Below the pieces are notes generated by a model. That model saw only the letters and a program-made list of their open reading frames with translations, searched no databases and had not been told where the DNA came from. Of a stretch of DNA of 64,000 bases, positions 42,123 through 54,923 are shown in pieces; positions within the stretch are counted from its first letter, which is position 1; each line of letters opens with the position of its first letter. This stretch comes from Octopus vulgaris (taxonomy: Eukaryota), in contig OX597820.1 in assembly GCA_951406725.2 (NCBI GenBank), positions 39,308,001 through 39,372,000 of the forward strand. The letters run 5' to 3'. Made by a program: the position numbers and the translations under genes.

Positions 42123-42124
<2 letters not shown>
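41136..42124. repeat. Near-perfect palindrome, 493-bp arms, 3-nt loop
   Basis: Centre agcagaaa-acg-tttctgct (41629-41631); end coordinates are symmetric; two mismatches seen by eye; decayed HHR-like motif near the outer ends. Confidence 0.93.
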
Positions 42125-42199
<75 letters not shown>

Positions 42200-42454
42200 T
42201 TTGGGCTGCTATTTCTAAATTTTTGGTATGTGGTGAAGCAACTTGTTGCTTAACCCTTAATTATATTCAATCATATATAAAAAAAAACTTTTTGTTACAG
42301 TTTTCTACCGATAATGGTTTTCTGTCCATACCGAAACTACTTGGTAAAATTTATTAATTATTAAATTAATAATTCTTTACCCTATATCTGTATATATATA
42401 TATATATATATATGAAAGATATGGAGTTGAACCACTAGTTAACAAATATCCTTT

Positions 42455-42539
42455 ATTCTCGACATATGTTTCGAAGGCTGCATATTCCTAATTCCGAAGG
42501 AATAAGGAGTACATTATGCAGATTTCTCATCAGGAAAAT
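42455..42539 (-). ncRNA. Hammerhead ribozyme (mirror of 43904-43988)
   Basis: Reverse complement of the plus-strand copy. Confidence 0.8.
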
Positions 42540-43104
42540 CAAGGAACTTATGTCGACATCAAAATGCACAAAAACTTTTAGCTGACCGCTCTCAAGGAGC
42601 CCATGGCGATAATGAGTGTCTCTTTATAAGGAGTGACGTCAGAGTTGCTGAATGTAGAAGAATCTAGAAGGTTCTAAAGGTTTAAGGGTTCAAACGAAGT
42701 AGGAGGAGGGAGGCATAAGAATAGTAAGGTGAGAGAGTGCAGGTCAAAAGAATGGTGGGTTTAAATGATTTCTTTTATGACTGAGTGCCTGTGTGTGTGA
42801 CTGTATATAACTGTCTTAATGTGTGTATGTGTGTGTCTGAATGCGTGATTGTGTTTGTGGATGGGTAGATGTCAGAAAACTGACAGCTGTGAAGTGAGAG
42901 GTCTGTGTCTGTGTGTTCGATTATGTTTACTGTAGAGAAAGGAAAGTAGATAGCAAAAGGCAGAAAGAATCGGGCGAGGTGAGAGGCAACGCAAGAATGG
43001 ATAGTAGTAATTGGGAATATAAGAAAATCTTTTTGACTATTGAGGTGAAATATAGCAAAAATTTTTTTTTTTTTTTGAAATCGAGGGGTTATCTATATTA
43101 GTCA

Positions 43105-43479
43105 CTATTTATATGAGTGAAAGGAGTGTCTTTTCCAGTGTAAACACCTGTAGGATCTTTCGACGATTGTATTTATTAAAGGGATTTTGGCGAACAAAAT
43201 ATGAAATAGTTCGGAATTACATATGCCACAAAATTTTCTGCCTTCATCAAACGGGAAGGACACCGACAAAATGGACCATTCGAGCTTGAACGTAGTGTTA
43301 TTGTTCTTCAGACGCCAGACTAATTTGCTTAGCCCCGTGCTGTGTTGCTTTCTCTTATCTCTGAAAGTGGAATAATGGTTGGAGATCCTTTGGGCTAAAT
43401 TAGAAGAGGTTGCGCCAATGTAGAAGTAGACATCGGTTCCAGAAGAAATTTTGCATTGGTAAGTGGTGTTTCTAATTTT
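43105..43479 (-). pseudogene. Uninterrupted, 5'-truncated GIY-YIG endonuclease frame of a Penelope-like element
   Basis: KIRNTTYQCKISSGTDVYFYIGATSSNLAQRISNHYSTFRDKRKQHSTGLSKLVWRLK...WSIL...FCGICNSE...CLHWKRHSFHSYK*; no start codon, so absent from the ORF track. Confidence 0.88.
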
Positions 43480-43903
43480 GGAATTTTCTTTTCTACTTTC
43501 CTTTCTCTACAGTAAACATAATCGAACACACAGACACAGACCTCTCACTTCACAGCTGTCAGTTTTCTGACATCTACCCATCCACAAACACAATCACGCA
43601 TTCAGACACACACATACACACATTAAGACAGTTATATACAGTCACACACACAGGCACTCATTCATAAAAGAAATCATTTAAACCCACCATTCTTTTGACC
43701 TGCACTCTCTCACCTTACTATTCTTATGCCTCCCTCCTCCTACTTCGTTTGAACCCTTGAACCTTTAGAACCTTCTAGATTCTTCTACATTCAGCCACTC
43801 TGACGTCACTCCTTATAAAGAGACACTCATTATCGCCATGGGCTCCTTGAGAGCGGTCAGCTAAAAGTTTTTTGTGCATTTTGATGTCGACATAAGTTCC
43901 TTG

Positions 43904-43988
43904 ATTTTCCTGATGAGAAATCTGCATAATGTACTCCTTATTCCTTCGGAATTAGGAATATGCAGCCTTCGAAACATATGTCGAGAAT
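43904..43988 (+). ncRNA. Type-I hammerhead ribozyme with long stem II
   Basis: attttc-CTGATGA-gaa atctgcata...tatgcag cc ttc-GAAA-catatg-TC^gagaat; predicted cleavage after 43982. Confidence 0.8.
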
Positions 43989-44191
43989 AAAGGATATTTG
44001 TTAACTAGTGGTTCAACTCCATTCTTTCATATACTTATAATTTTAAAATAAACATACAAATTTCCGCACGAAGACACGTAGTCTATGCTCTAGGGACGTA
44101 GCTTCAACCGTGTTCTTTCTGATGTGAATTTGCTACCCAGGTATCGGTTATCTTTCGAATTATCCTTAATAAGATAATTCATTCAACTACT

Positions 44192-44240
<49 letters not shown>

Positions 44241-45102
44241 TTCGTCAGTCCATTGGCAGATTAGTGGAACTTGTTCCCTTTCTCTGAGTTCAAATTTCAT
44301 TAAAATGAAATTTGGCTTCCTTCTTGAAGAGCAGGCGATGGTGATAAAAATAAGCACCAGATTAATTCAATTTTATTTCTTAATTTTTTCTTTTTCCTTT
44401 TTTTTTCGGCGATACATCCAATACAATCCACTGGATCAAGAGTGAGAGGCTCCAAGGAATGTTTGTATTTGTTCGTGGAAAGAAGGCTACCTAAAAACAA
44501 AATTTTTGGAAGAAGCATGATACACGATACTTTCACCAAACCATCTTCAATTGCTGTTTACGACCATGTTACATAATACTGAAAATATACTGTAACAGTA
44601 CTCCTGATTCAATTTATTCAATTTAACATCGCAATTTAACTGTGAAACCATACAAAATATCTCACAGAAACACACACATACACAAACAGAAACACAAACA
44701 TAATATAAATGCACAAACACACGCACTTGCCAACAAACACGCACATGCACACATTACACACACCCACATACACTCACACACAGTTACTTACACTCCATGC
44801 AACATTTCCAAATAGTTTATCTGGTAACATTTTTGTTTCTATTTGGTTTTTCTTGTAATTTTTTGTCTAATTTTTTTTATTTCTTTTCTGTTTGTGTGTC
44901 TAAATTGTTGTGCATGTATAATGTGTATTGTATAGGAAATGTGATATGTGTGTACGTGCGTGTGCGTTATGTATGCATGTATATGTGTCTCTGTATACGA
45001 GAGTATGTGGAGTGTGTGTACATACCAGCACATACACATACACACATACGCGTACATTTTGGTGTGTCTGTGCATTTACACAGATACATATGCATATGTG
45101 TG

Positions 45103-45157
<55 letters not shown>

Positions 45158-45228
45158 GTTATATTATATGAGTTTCTATGTGTTTGTGTTTGTATTTATG
45201 AGATGCCTATATGTGTGCGTGTGTGCAT

Positions 45229-45263
<35 letters not shown>

Positions 45264-45824
45264 GAGAGAGAGAGAAATAGAGAGAAAGAGAAAGAGAGAG
45301 AGAGTTATGGCTACCTCCCAAACTGATAACCTTTATCTGTTCATTCCGAGAAATGAGCTTTTGGAATCTACCCTTTCCCGGCCATCAATAGTCGATCAAT
45401 TTAATTTTGTCGACTCATTAATCTCCTTTCCTCTCACATTTATTTTCCCTCGCTCACATTCTTTCCATCTCTCTCTCTCTCTCTCTATTTCTCTCTTTCT
45501 TTATGTCACCACCTTCCGTCGCTCCCCCACCTCTCTCTCTCTCAGTCTTTCTCTCTGTTACACATTAACCGTTTCTTTCACTAAGTCTTTCACTCTCAAT
45601 ATCTATCCATTTCTCTAACATGCATAAGCATAGAACATACAGACTGATTACTTTTCTTCCTTTCTCTCCTCCTGTCTCTCTGTCTTCCCCCTCTCTCTCT
45701 CTCTCTCTCTCGCTCTCTCTCATACATACACAAGCACACCTCTTTCTGTGCTTCACTCTCACTCTAGCACGTACACTTGTTTATATAGTTTTCCAGATAT
45801 CAACAACACTTCACCGTCGTCTAT

Positions 45825-47330
45825 GAAGCGGCGGAGATGTCGCAGTCTCAGCGCATGTTTGCGCATCATGAACCACTGAATGCGCAGCCCTCCATTTAGC
45901 GGGTGTTGACAGCAAATGGATCGCCTAACCATCGGAACGCTTCCCTTCTACAAAAAGCGGAAGAGTATGCGTTTCAGTTTGGTGGTGGTAGGGTCGGAAC
46001 AAGGCACAACGGTCAGACGGTGATCGATGACGGATGCGATGTACGCGTTCGCCACCTCCGCCCGAGCTTTTAGGGATAGCTTCCTCTCGGCCCATTGCTG
46101 GGTGAGAGTGGCCACCCTTCTCGTTATTTCACCCCAGTTCTTCTCCATTTGGCGGTCCGGACCGAACCAGACTCCAAGCAATTTAACCGATCCGTCTGTC
46201 CGAGTACCACAATGGAGACGCTGTTTGACGGCATGGGCTTGCTTCTCCAGGTGCCGAGCCGCAAGCCCACTGACTTTTTCCCGGTTAATTTTTGCTCCCC
46301 TAACCGCTTCGTATTCTTTTAGTATCTCGCCGACCAAGTCTATATGCCTGTGGCTCGACACTATTACGATGACGTCGTCCTCGTATACAAACACGCTCCT
46401 TCCGCATCCCAGCTCTCACGAGATGTCCCTCAACGGTGCCAGCTTCCGCAGTAGTGGCTCAAGAGTCAACACGTACAAAAGTGACAAGAGGGGGATTCCT
46501 TAACGAACCGAACGCGTGATGTTAAATGGTCTGGACAGATTACCATTTACGCGAACTATCGAGTGGATGCAGCTGTATAAGGCAGCGAACCAACCGCGGA
46601 AGACGGGACCAAAACCAGCCGCTCTAAGGACAGCCTCCAAGTAGCGATGGTCTACCCTATCGAAAGCTTTTGATTGATCCAAACTGATCAGCGCCCCACC
46701 CATGCCAGGTTCCTTAACTACCTTGTCTACGATGTAGCGCATCAGACGGAGGTTGTCATGGATACTCCTACTCAGCATAGCGCACGTTTGCGCCTTGTCG
46801 ACCAATTTCTCGATGACAAGTGCCAACCACTCGGCTAACACCTTGGCCAAAATCTTCAAATCTGTGTTGAGCAGAGTGTTGGGCCTAAAGTTATCTATGA
46901 CGTTCCCCTTGTTTGGATCTTTCTTTAGTAGTGCCACCGCTCCTCACTTTACAGAAACGGAGATACTCCAGTTTTGCTGCCAGTTGCAGTAGACAGCTGC
47001 CAAGACGCCTCCAAATAAGTCTGGCATATGACAATAAAGTTCGTAGGGCAGACAATCCAAGCCTAGCAACTTGTCTCCCACGCAGCCTGCCATTGCATCC
47101 TGCACGTCCGCGGCTATGATGAGTCTTTCACAACACACCGCTTCTCTTGCCGAGAGTCGTGGGAGGCTATGCAGGTAGCCACTCTGCGTTCTGACCCACC
47201 AATTGTTACGAACAGTCGAGCAAAGTGTTGTTGAAAGCCTCACACATCCTTTCAGGCTCCAGTAATTCGCGCCCCAGCTCATCTGTCAGAGACCTAATAG
47301 TGGTTTGTTGCCTCATTGCGCCTCCGCCAC
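45825..47330 (-). pseudogene. Tx1/L1-like LINE reverse transcriptase remnant
   Basis: GLDCLPYELY, NFRPNTLLNTDLKILAKVLA, ISLDQSKAFDRVDH, VYEDDV, AKINREK, KLLGVWFG, RKLSLKARAEV over frameshifted ORFs. Confidence 0.92.
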
Positions 47331-47339
47331 TCGGGCCTC

Positions 47340-48560
<1,221 letters not shown>

Positions 48561-49076
48561 CAGCTAGAAGCCTAGTTGGATCTTTTCCTTTTGAACGGCA
48601 GACAATTTCTAGTTAACTAAACACTTTAAAACTTCGTATAGTGGTAGAATGTGTCAAAATAAAACATTTTTTCTTAATTGTTAAATTAATTTGATTGTTA
48701 CGCGTGTAAAAAAAAACTAAAGCAATGGAATTAAATTAATTTAACAATTAAGAAAAAAAATTAGAGTTAGGGGGGAGGTTTAGGATTAGTTACAGGGTGT
48801 TATCTCAGTTTTAGACGCAGCAAATGATTTTAGTTGAATGGAGGTAATCGATTGGTTAAAATTGCCGAAATGCTCGGATTTTCAGACGAAATATCCTACA
48901 AACTATAGAATTTTCTCAATAAAACTAAGAGAAAATGATGTTTTATAAACACATTCTACCAGTATACGAAGTTTAAAAGTGTTTAGTTAACTAGAAATTG
49001 TGTTATAATAATAATAATAATAATAATTGTGTACAGTGCTCAGGTGCACTACAACTCATCTAAAGTGTATATATAA

Positions 49077-51907
49077 TCAGGTGAAGTTTCGGCGGATTTC
49101 GGAAAGCATGAGGGCCTTAAAAGATGCAGTGTCATGGCAGTCAACAACTGACGCAGGCAGTTTATTCCATGCTTCAGCAACTCTGAGCGTGAAAAAATGT
49201 TTCCGAAAGTCATGGGAGCTGTATTGTTTTCTGACTTTGTAGGCATGTCCACGTGTGTTAGACACATGGAGATCAAAAAGGTGTTCAGTGTTGTTGTTGG
49301 TGAGGTGGTTGATAACTTTGTGGGTGTTTACCAAGTCCGTCGCCAAACGCCGGAGCTTCAGTGAATCCATGCCCAGGGAAACAAGGCGCTCAGAATATGG
49401 TAGGTGTCTGATGGAGGGTATGCGTTTGGTTGCACGTCTCTGGACAGATTCCAGGAGGTCAATGTTCTGTGCAAGATAGGGGTTCCAAACTGATGATGCG
49501 AATTCCAAGTGTGGTCGTACCATAGCTGTATACAGTTTTAAATAGATGGCTGGAGAGCGGCTAACAAAAGACCTGCTGAGTGATGCCAAGACACCCTCGG
49601 CCTTCCTGACAATCTTAGAGATATGCTTTGACCAACGCAAATCACTGCTGACAGTGATGCCTAGGTCACGCTCGCAAGAGGATTTCTTGATATCAGTGTT
49701 GTGGAGGGAGTATGTGAACGCAGGGTTTTTTCTCCCAAAATGCATGGTGGTACACTTGTCCACAGCCAGTTTCAGTTGCCAGTCTGTGATCCATTGCTGC
49801 ATTGTGTCTAGGTCTGATTGCAGGAAAGAGTTGTAGACATCAGGATCTGTCCTCTTGATTTCAAGGTACAGCTTGATGTCGTCTGCATATTTCAATACTG
49901 TGGCATTCTTTAAATTGGCATCTATGTCGTTAATGTATGCCACAAACAAGAGGGGCCAAGGACAGATCCCTGTGGTACACCCGATGACATCTCATATGGT
50001 GTAGAGTGCTGTCCTAGAACTGTGACTACCTCCTTTCGGCTGAGGATGAAGGATTTCAACCAGTTAAAAAGGTCATCCCCCACACCCATTGCAGAGAGTT
50101 TCACCATAAGCCTTTTGTGTGGCACAGAGTTGAAAGCCTTAGCAAAGTCAAGGTAGACAACATCCACCCATGAGCCACTGTCAGTAATCTGAGTAATGTC
50201 CTCAAGGAACTCGACAAGCTGGTCACTGCAGCTGGAGTTAGGGACAAATCCATATTGTGAGGGTCGGATGAGACTGTGAGAGCTCCAGAAGTTCCAGAGT
50301 GTTTCTCTGACACACGATTCCATCAGTTTTGCAATACAGCTAGTGAGACTGACTGGGCGATAGTTGACAGGTGATGTGCGGTCGCCCTTTTTGAACAGAG
50401 GAATGACACTGGCAGTTTTCCACTGCTCCGGAGTAGCACCATTGTTGAGACAGTACTGGAAGAAAATAGAAAGCTGGTGTAAAAGGAAGTGCCTGCCACG
50501 TTTGAGAAGCAGGTATGTAACTCCATCGAGACCAGGGGAGGCATAGTTGCGCTTATTTTGAAGGTGACGTCGCAGCATTGCAGGTGTAAATTCCATAGTT
50601 GTTATGGAGTTTGCTGTTAGTGATGGTGAAGATGGTACATTTTGACTTTCAACAGTGAATATGTTTGCATAGCACTCGGCAATGAGTTCTGCGCATTCCT
50701 TGGGGTCGTCAGTGATCTGGTTTGTGTGAGGGTTGCGAAGAGGGCCCACTGGAGAGTGAGGTCTCTGCTTTGAGTGCACATATTTCCAGAAAACCTTGCT
50801 GTCAGGATTGGCTGCTATGCACTGTTCAAATTCAAGCACTGCTTTTTTTGTCACTTGCTTGAGATGGTTGGAGGATTTATTCCGCTTCTTCCTGTTGGTG
50901 TCTGATTTATGCAACCTGTATTCCCGTTCAGCAGTCCGACGTTCCCTCCTGGCAAGTCGGACCGCTGAAGTTTCCCAAATTGCCCTTTTGGGGCGGTTCT
51001 TCTTTTTTTGTTTACGTGGCACTGATGCTGCACATGCTGCCCATATTGAGTCCAGGATACTCTGGAGTATAGTATTCACATCTCCAGAGTTGTAGAATTC
51101 ACGCCAGTTTGGGTGCTGTAGTTCAGTGTGGTACAGGTTCCAATCTGCTCTCTTCCAATCGAAGGAAGCAGATTGGAGATGGTTCAGGTTTTTGTTGCCC
51201 GCAAGAGCCAGATTGGCGATGATCATAGCATGATCAGAGTCACCTAGAGGTTCCTCCGTAGTGCAATTGATAACCGCTTCAGGAGTTGTGGTGAAGAGCA
51301 GGTCCAAGGTGTTGTCGCCTCTTGTTGGAGAGGTGACTACTTGTGACCAGTTTGAGTCCAGCACAAGCTCAACAAAATCGTTTGCACTCTGTGGCCAATG
51401 GAAGGTCTCCCAATCGATCTCAGGATGATTGAAATCGCCTGCAATAAACACATAAGTGGCTGTTTTCCTGGCAGCAGCTCGGAGGACATTGCAAAGCTGT
51501 GTGTCCCGATGGTAACTTGGGGGACGATAAACAACGCCAAGCAGGAGTGTTGACATGGTCATACGCACGTCACAGAAAAAAACTTCTTCTTGTGATTCGT
51601 TCAAATCGGCACAAGGAATTACCAAAAAATTTGAACGAACGTAGACCATCACACCACCACCACGGCGGTTAGTGCGGTCCTTACGGAAGAGGTTGTACCC
51701 CGTAATGTTGAAAACCCCATCACAGAGTAAGGAATGCGCCCATGTTTCCGTGACAGTGATGAAGTCAGGGTCAACACTTCTGACGTAGGCGTTGAACAAA
51801 TGTATTTTGTTGCATAAACTGCGAGCATTTAAGGACAACAATTTGTACCCTGCTCGCAGTTTATGATGGTGTGTAGAGGATGGCAGGTTGTTCTGGCTTA
51901 GTTTCCC
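49077..51907 (-). CDS. CR1 ORF2: AP endonuclease plus reverse transcriptase, with one frameshift at ~49952
   Basis: NARSL, TETW, RGGGV, VYRPP, GDFN, LDL, SDH; PGLDG, NYRPVSL, YLDFAKAF, GVPQGSVLGP/LFVAYIND, YADD, ERDLG. Confidence 0.9.
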
Positions 51908-53127
51908 TGAGTTGCTGTAGTTTTTTTAGTTATTGTGGGTAGAGAGCACTCAGACCAGCTGGTATCTCTCTTCCACGTTTCAGCAGTCTTGACAAATCTC
52001 CAGATTTGTCCATCTTCCCGAAGACTGAAGCTTTCCTGTAGAGCTGAGTTCCTATTCAGGGAAGCCACTACACGTAGCTTTGGGCGTACATCGGACGGTA
52101 AGCCTGGGCGTGTTCGGAAGGTGGTCCGATTTTCCCGCCCAGCTTTAACTGAGGCCAGATGGTAAGAGGTTGCCTCAGTGGGGTCCGTAAAAGACAACTT
52201 GATGAGCCTAGGTTTTGGGCCAGGTCGTCCAAGGCGGATAGCACCCGTTGGGGGAACGCAGCCTAGGTCTTTGGCTGAGTTGGCAGCAAAAGCCTGAAGA
52301 TCAGCCATGTCTTCTGGCACCCCAATGGCAATGACTTCATGGGTGGCAGAATCCGCGGTCTTAAATGCGACAAGAGGTACAGGTACAGGGAGGTTCTTTA
52401 GCAGAGCATTCCGATAAGACCCCTCATTGTGGAGTCCAACCTGAATGGTTGCTTTTATTCCTGCTACTTCCCCTTTTAAAGCACAGATCGATTGTTGCAG
52501 TTCTGCAAGAACCGCACTGGTCAATTGGTGTTGTTGTTGTTGCTGCTGTTGCTCTGGTTGTGGTTGATTTTGTTGTTGCTGTTGTTGTTGTTGATGTTGT
52601 TGTTGCTGCTGCTCTGGTTGTGGTTGATTTTGTTGTTGCTGCTGCTCTGGTTGTGGTTGATTTTGTTGTTGCTGCTGCTGCTGCTCTAGTTGTTGCTGCT
52701 GCTGTTGTTGTTGCTGTTGTTGTTGCTGCTGCTCTGGTTGTGGTTGATTTTGTTGTTGCTGCTGTTGCTGTTCCGCCTCCTCCACGGGAGTGGCAGGGGG
52801 AGACACAATCGTCGGTTGTGGAGGCACGCAGGCCTGACACTGAAAAGTCCAAGATTTAAGCTGAACCATCTTCCAGAGTCTATCCATCATAGCATTATGA
52901 TGGCTCTTTTTTTGGCCTGGGATCTTCTGAAAGTCCGTGGCACATTGGAGGCAGACAGAGATGAGACATGTCCCACATTCGACCCAGCGATTACGGAACG
53001 TATTTTCGGGTTCCGTACAGATGTGGCAGGTGTGATTTTCTGGGCAGTGTTCTATTTTAGAGCAGCGACCAGTCTTATCGCACGCCGCTATGGATTTCAC
53101 CATGGCGATTCTGTTGGTTCTGGTCAT
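51898..53127 (-). CDS. CR1 ORF1 (409 aa from ATG 53127): PHD-like Cys cluster, poly-Q tract, coiled coil, RRM-like C-terminus
   Basis: CHIC...WVECGTC...CLQC...WTFQCQAC; VIAIGVPE...IRLGRPGPKPRLIKLSF; open frame directly upstream of ORF2. Confidence 0.85.
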   Translation of the reverse strand: MTRTNRIAMVKSIAACDKTGRCSKIEHCPENHTCHICTEPENTFRNRWVECGTCLISVCLQCATDFQKIPGQKKSHHNAMMDRLWKMVQLKSWTFQCQACVPPQPTIVSPPATPVEEAEQQQQQQQNQPQPEQQQQQQQQQQQQQQLEQQQQQQQNQPQPEQQQQQNQPQPEQQQQQHQQQQQQQQNQPQPEQQQQQQQHQLTSAVLAELQQSICALKGEVAGIKATIQVGLHNEGSYRNALLKNLPVPVPLVAFKTADSATHEVIAIGVPEDMADLQAFAANSAKDLGCVPPTGAIRLGRPGPKPRLIKLSFTDPTEATSYHLASVKAGRENRTTFRTRPGLPSDVRPKLRVVASLNRNSALQESFSLREDGQIWRFVKTAETWKRDTSWSECSLPTITKKTTATQGN

Positions 53128-54011
53128 CCGTAGAGACAGAAAATGTAAACAACAATACGATAAAAGTAAAATATAAAATATTTGTTTTTGATTCGTTCTT
53201 TTTTGTGTATATTCCTTGTTCTTAAATATTGCGTGTGTATATACACATGTTTCGTTCTTTTTTGTGTATATTCCTTTTTTTCTTAAATATTGCGTGTGTA
53301 TACATAAAAGTATTTGTGCGTATAGACACGGAGAAAGTTTGTAAACAGAAATGAAATTTTTGATTTTTTTTGCAGTGTAGTCCGTCACATTAAATAGTGT
53401 GATTTATTTTCACTCTGCACGTATATACATGTGTGCTACAAGTATCTATGTATGTATGTATGTCACTGCTTTATAAATTTTGGACGTACTTACTGTCGTT
53501 CAACGATTTCTTTACCCTCAACTACACGTGGTGAATTCTTCCATTGTAGATCTGTGGTGGTCATCGTCGTAATATTTTCTCTTTAGTTTCCTCGCCAAAT
53601 TGATTATACCCTAATCAAACCATTTGTTTGTCTACTTGTGAATGTGTCTTTGTTTTAGTAACATTGTATTTTCCTCCTTTTCCTTTTTCATTCCCATATT
53701 ATATGGAACTTCGGTGGACAGCTACTCTAAGACTCTGTATCATGACATGTTGATACATGTTGATACATGTTGATACAAGACTCTGTATCATGACATGTTG
53801 ATATCATGACATCTGTCGTTCAAAAGGAAAAGATCCGCCTAGTTTACTTGCTTGCAACAGTGAGAACTCTACACTCAGAAGGAGGGGGGCATGTGATGCT
53901 GTTTAATTCGGTGGCATGTTCTACTTACCCCCTCCAAAACAGCGATTTTCTACGCAATTCACAACATAATAGCTTTTAAAAATGGTGACCTAGAGTTAAG
54001 CAACATGAGCA

Positions 54012-54049
<38 letters not shown>

Positions 54050-54076
54050 TCACACATACATATACATGTGTGTGTA

Positions 54077-54118
<42 letters not shown>

Positions 54119-54855
54119 GAATATATGGATTAGTTTCCTGATAATTATTGAAAGATATAAAATTTCACACATCTGTATGCACACTTACGTGTATTCGTGC
54201 ACGCTTGTGCGCGGTGCGTATATGCGTACGTACGTATGTATGTATATGTGTATGCATGTAATGTATGTATGTAAGCACGCGTAAAATCTTACAGACACCA
54301 AACTGTTTTTTAAAGGAAACCATATAATTACGAACACATTACCAATCTATGCACACCGAGAAACAACCATTTACACTTATCAAATTGTTTCAAGAACTGC
54401 TTGCACGTATTCAGTTACGAAGCTGGTAAACATTAAGATAATTGTTCTTTCTTTTTCGTTTTATTTTTTCTGTTTTTTTTCCAGCTTGAAGCTTGTCGAT
54501 TTTGGTCATGTTTCGTTTAGGCAGCAATTCCAAACAATAAAAAAAAAATTAACAATAGGTGTCGATTGTTACGAGATTTAAAACGAAATATTGAAGTCAG
54601 CAGTAGAGGGAGAAGATAAAGAGGGAAAAGAGAATAAGAGTAGTAGTAATAGCTGGTGTAAAGATGGAAGGTGAACTAACGTGAGTTGTTTATAATATCC
54701 ACACTCTTTTAGCCTTAATACGGAAAAGAGATACTATGGTTAGGCCTTTGGTTTAACAACAGTATCTGTTTTTCAGAGCTACGTTTAAAACGTGTTTGCT
54801 AAAAACACATACAAAACTCGTTTTTAACGTTCGAACTCCACGTGGAATAACTATA

Positions 54856-54896
<41 letters not shown>

Positions 54897-54923
54897 TAAT
54901 AATAATAGCCTAGGAATTTTCTG

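Larger units (their letters stand above)
42411..44031. mobile_element. 5'-truncated Penelope-like element (minus) with an inverted pLTR copy
   Basis: Arms 42411-42950 and 43492-44031 are near-exact reverse complements; the spacer encodes GIY-YIG; each arm has an HHR. Confidence 0.9.
49004..53810 (-). mobile_element. Near full-length CR1-clade LINE
   Basis: ORF1 plus APE-RT ORF2, short 3' UTR and (ATT)n tail at 49005-49027; C-terminal TRGH..K...FF..RV...WNKLP motif; 5' limit approximate. Confidence 0.92.
48578..53836. mobile_element. MITE with GGATC-terminal TIRs and 8-bp TSD (possibly Merlin-like), split by the CR1 insertion
   Basis: Left end ggatcttttccttttgaacggcag at 48578; right end ctgtcgttcaaaaggaaaagatcc ends at 53836; GCCTAGTT on both sides. 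Confidence 0.85.

Noticed and set aside
52365-53133. Alternative-frame and antisense ORFs (poly-L, V, A, T)
   Set aside because: Shadows of the CR1 ORF1 poly-Q tract
53128-53388. N-terminal 87 aa of the 496-aa ORF
   Set aside because: Non-ATG start running through an AT-rich duplicated 5' UTR; ATG 53127 is more plausible
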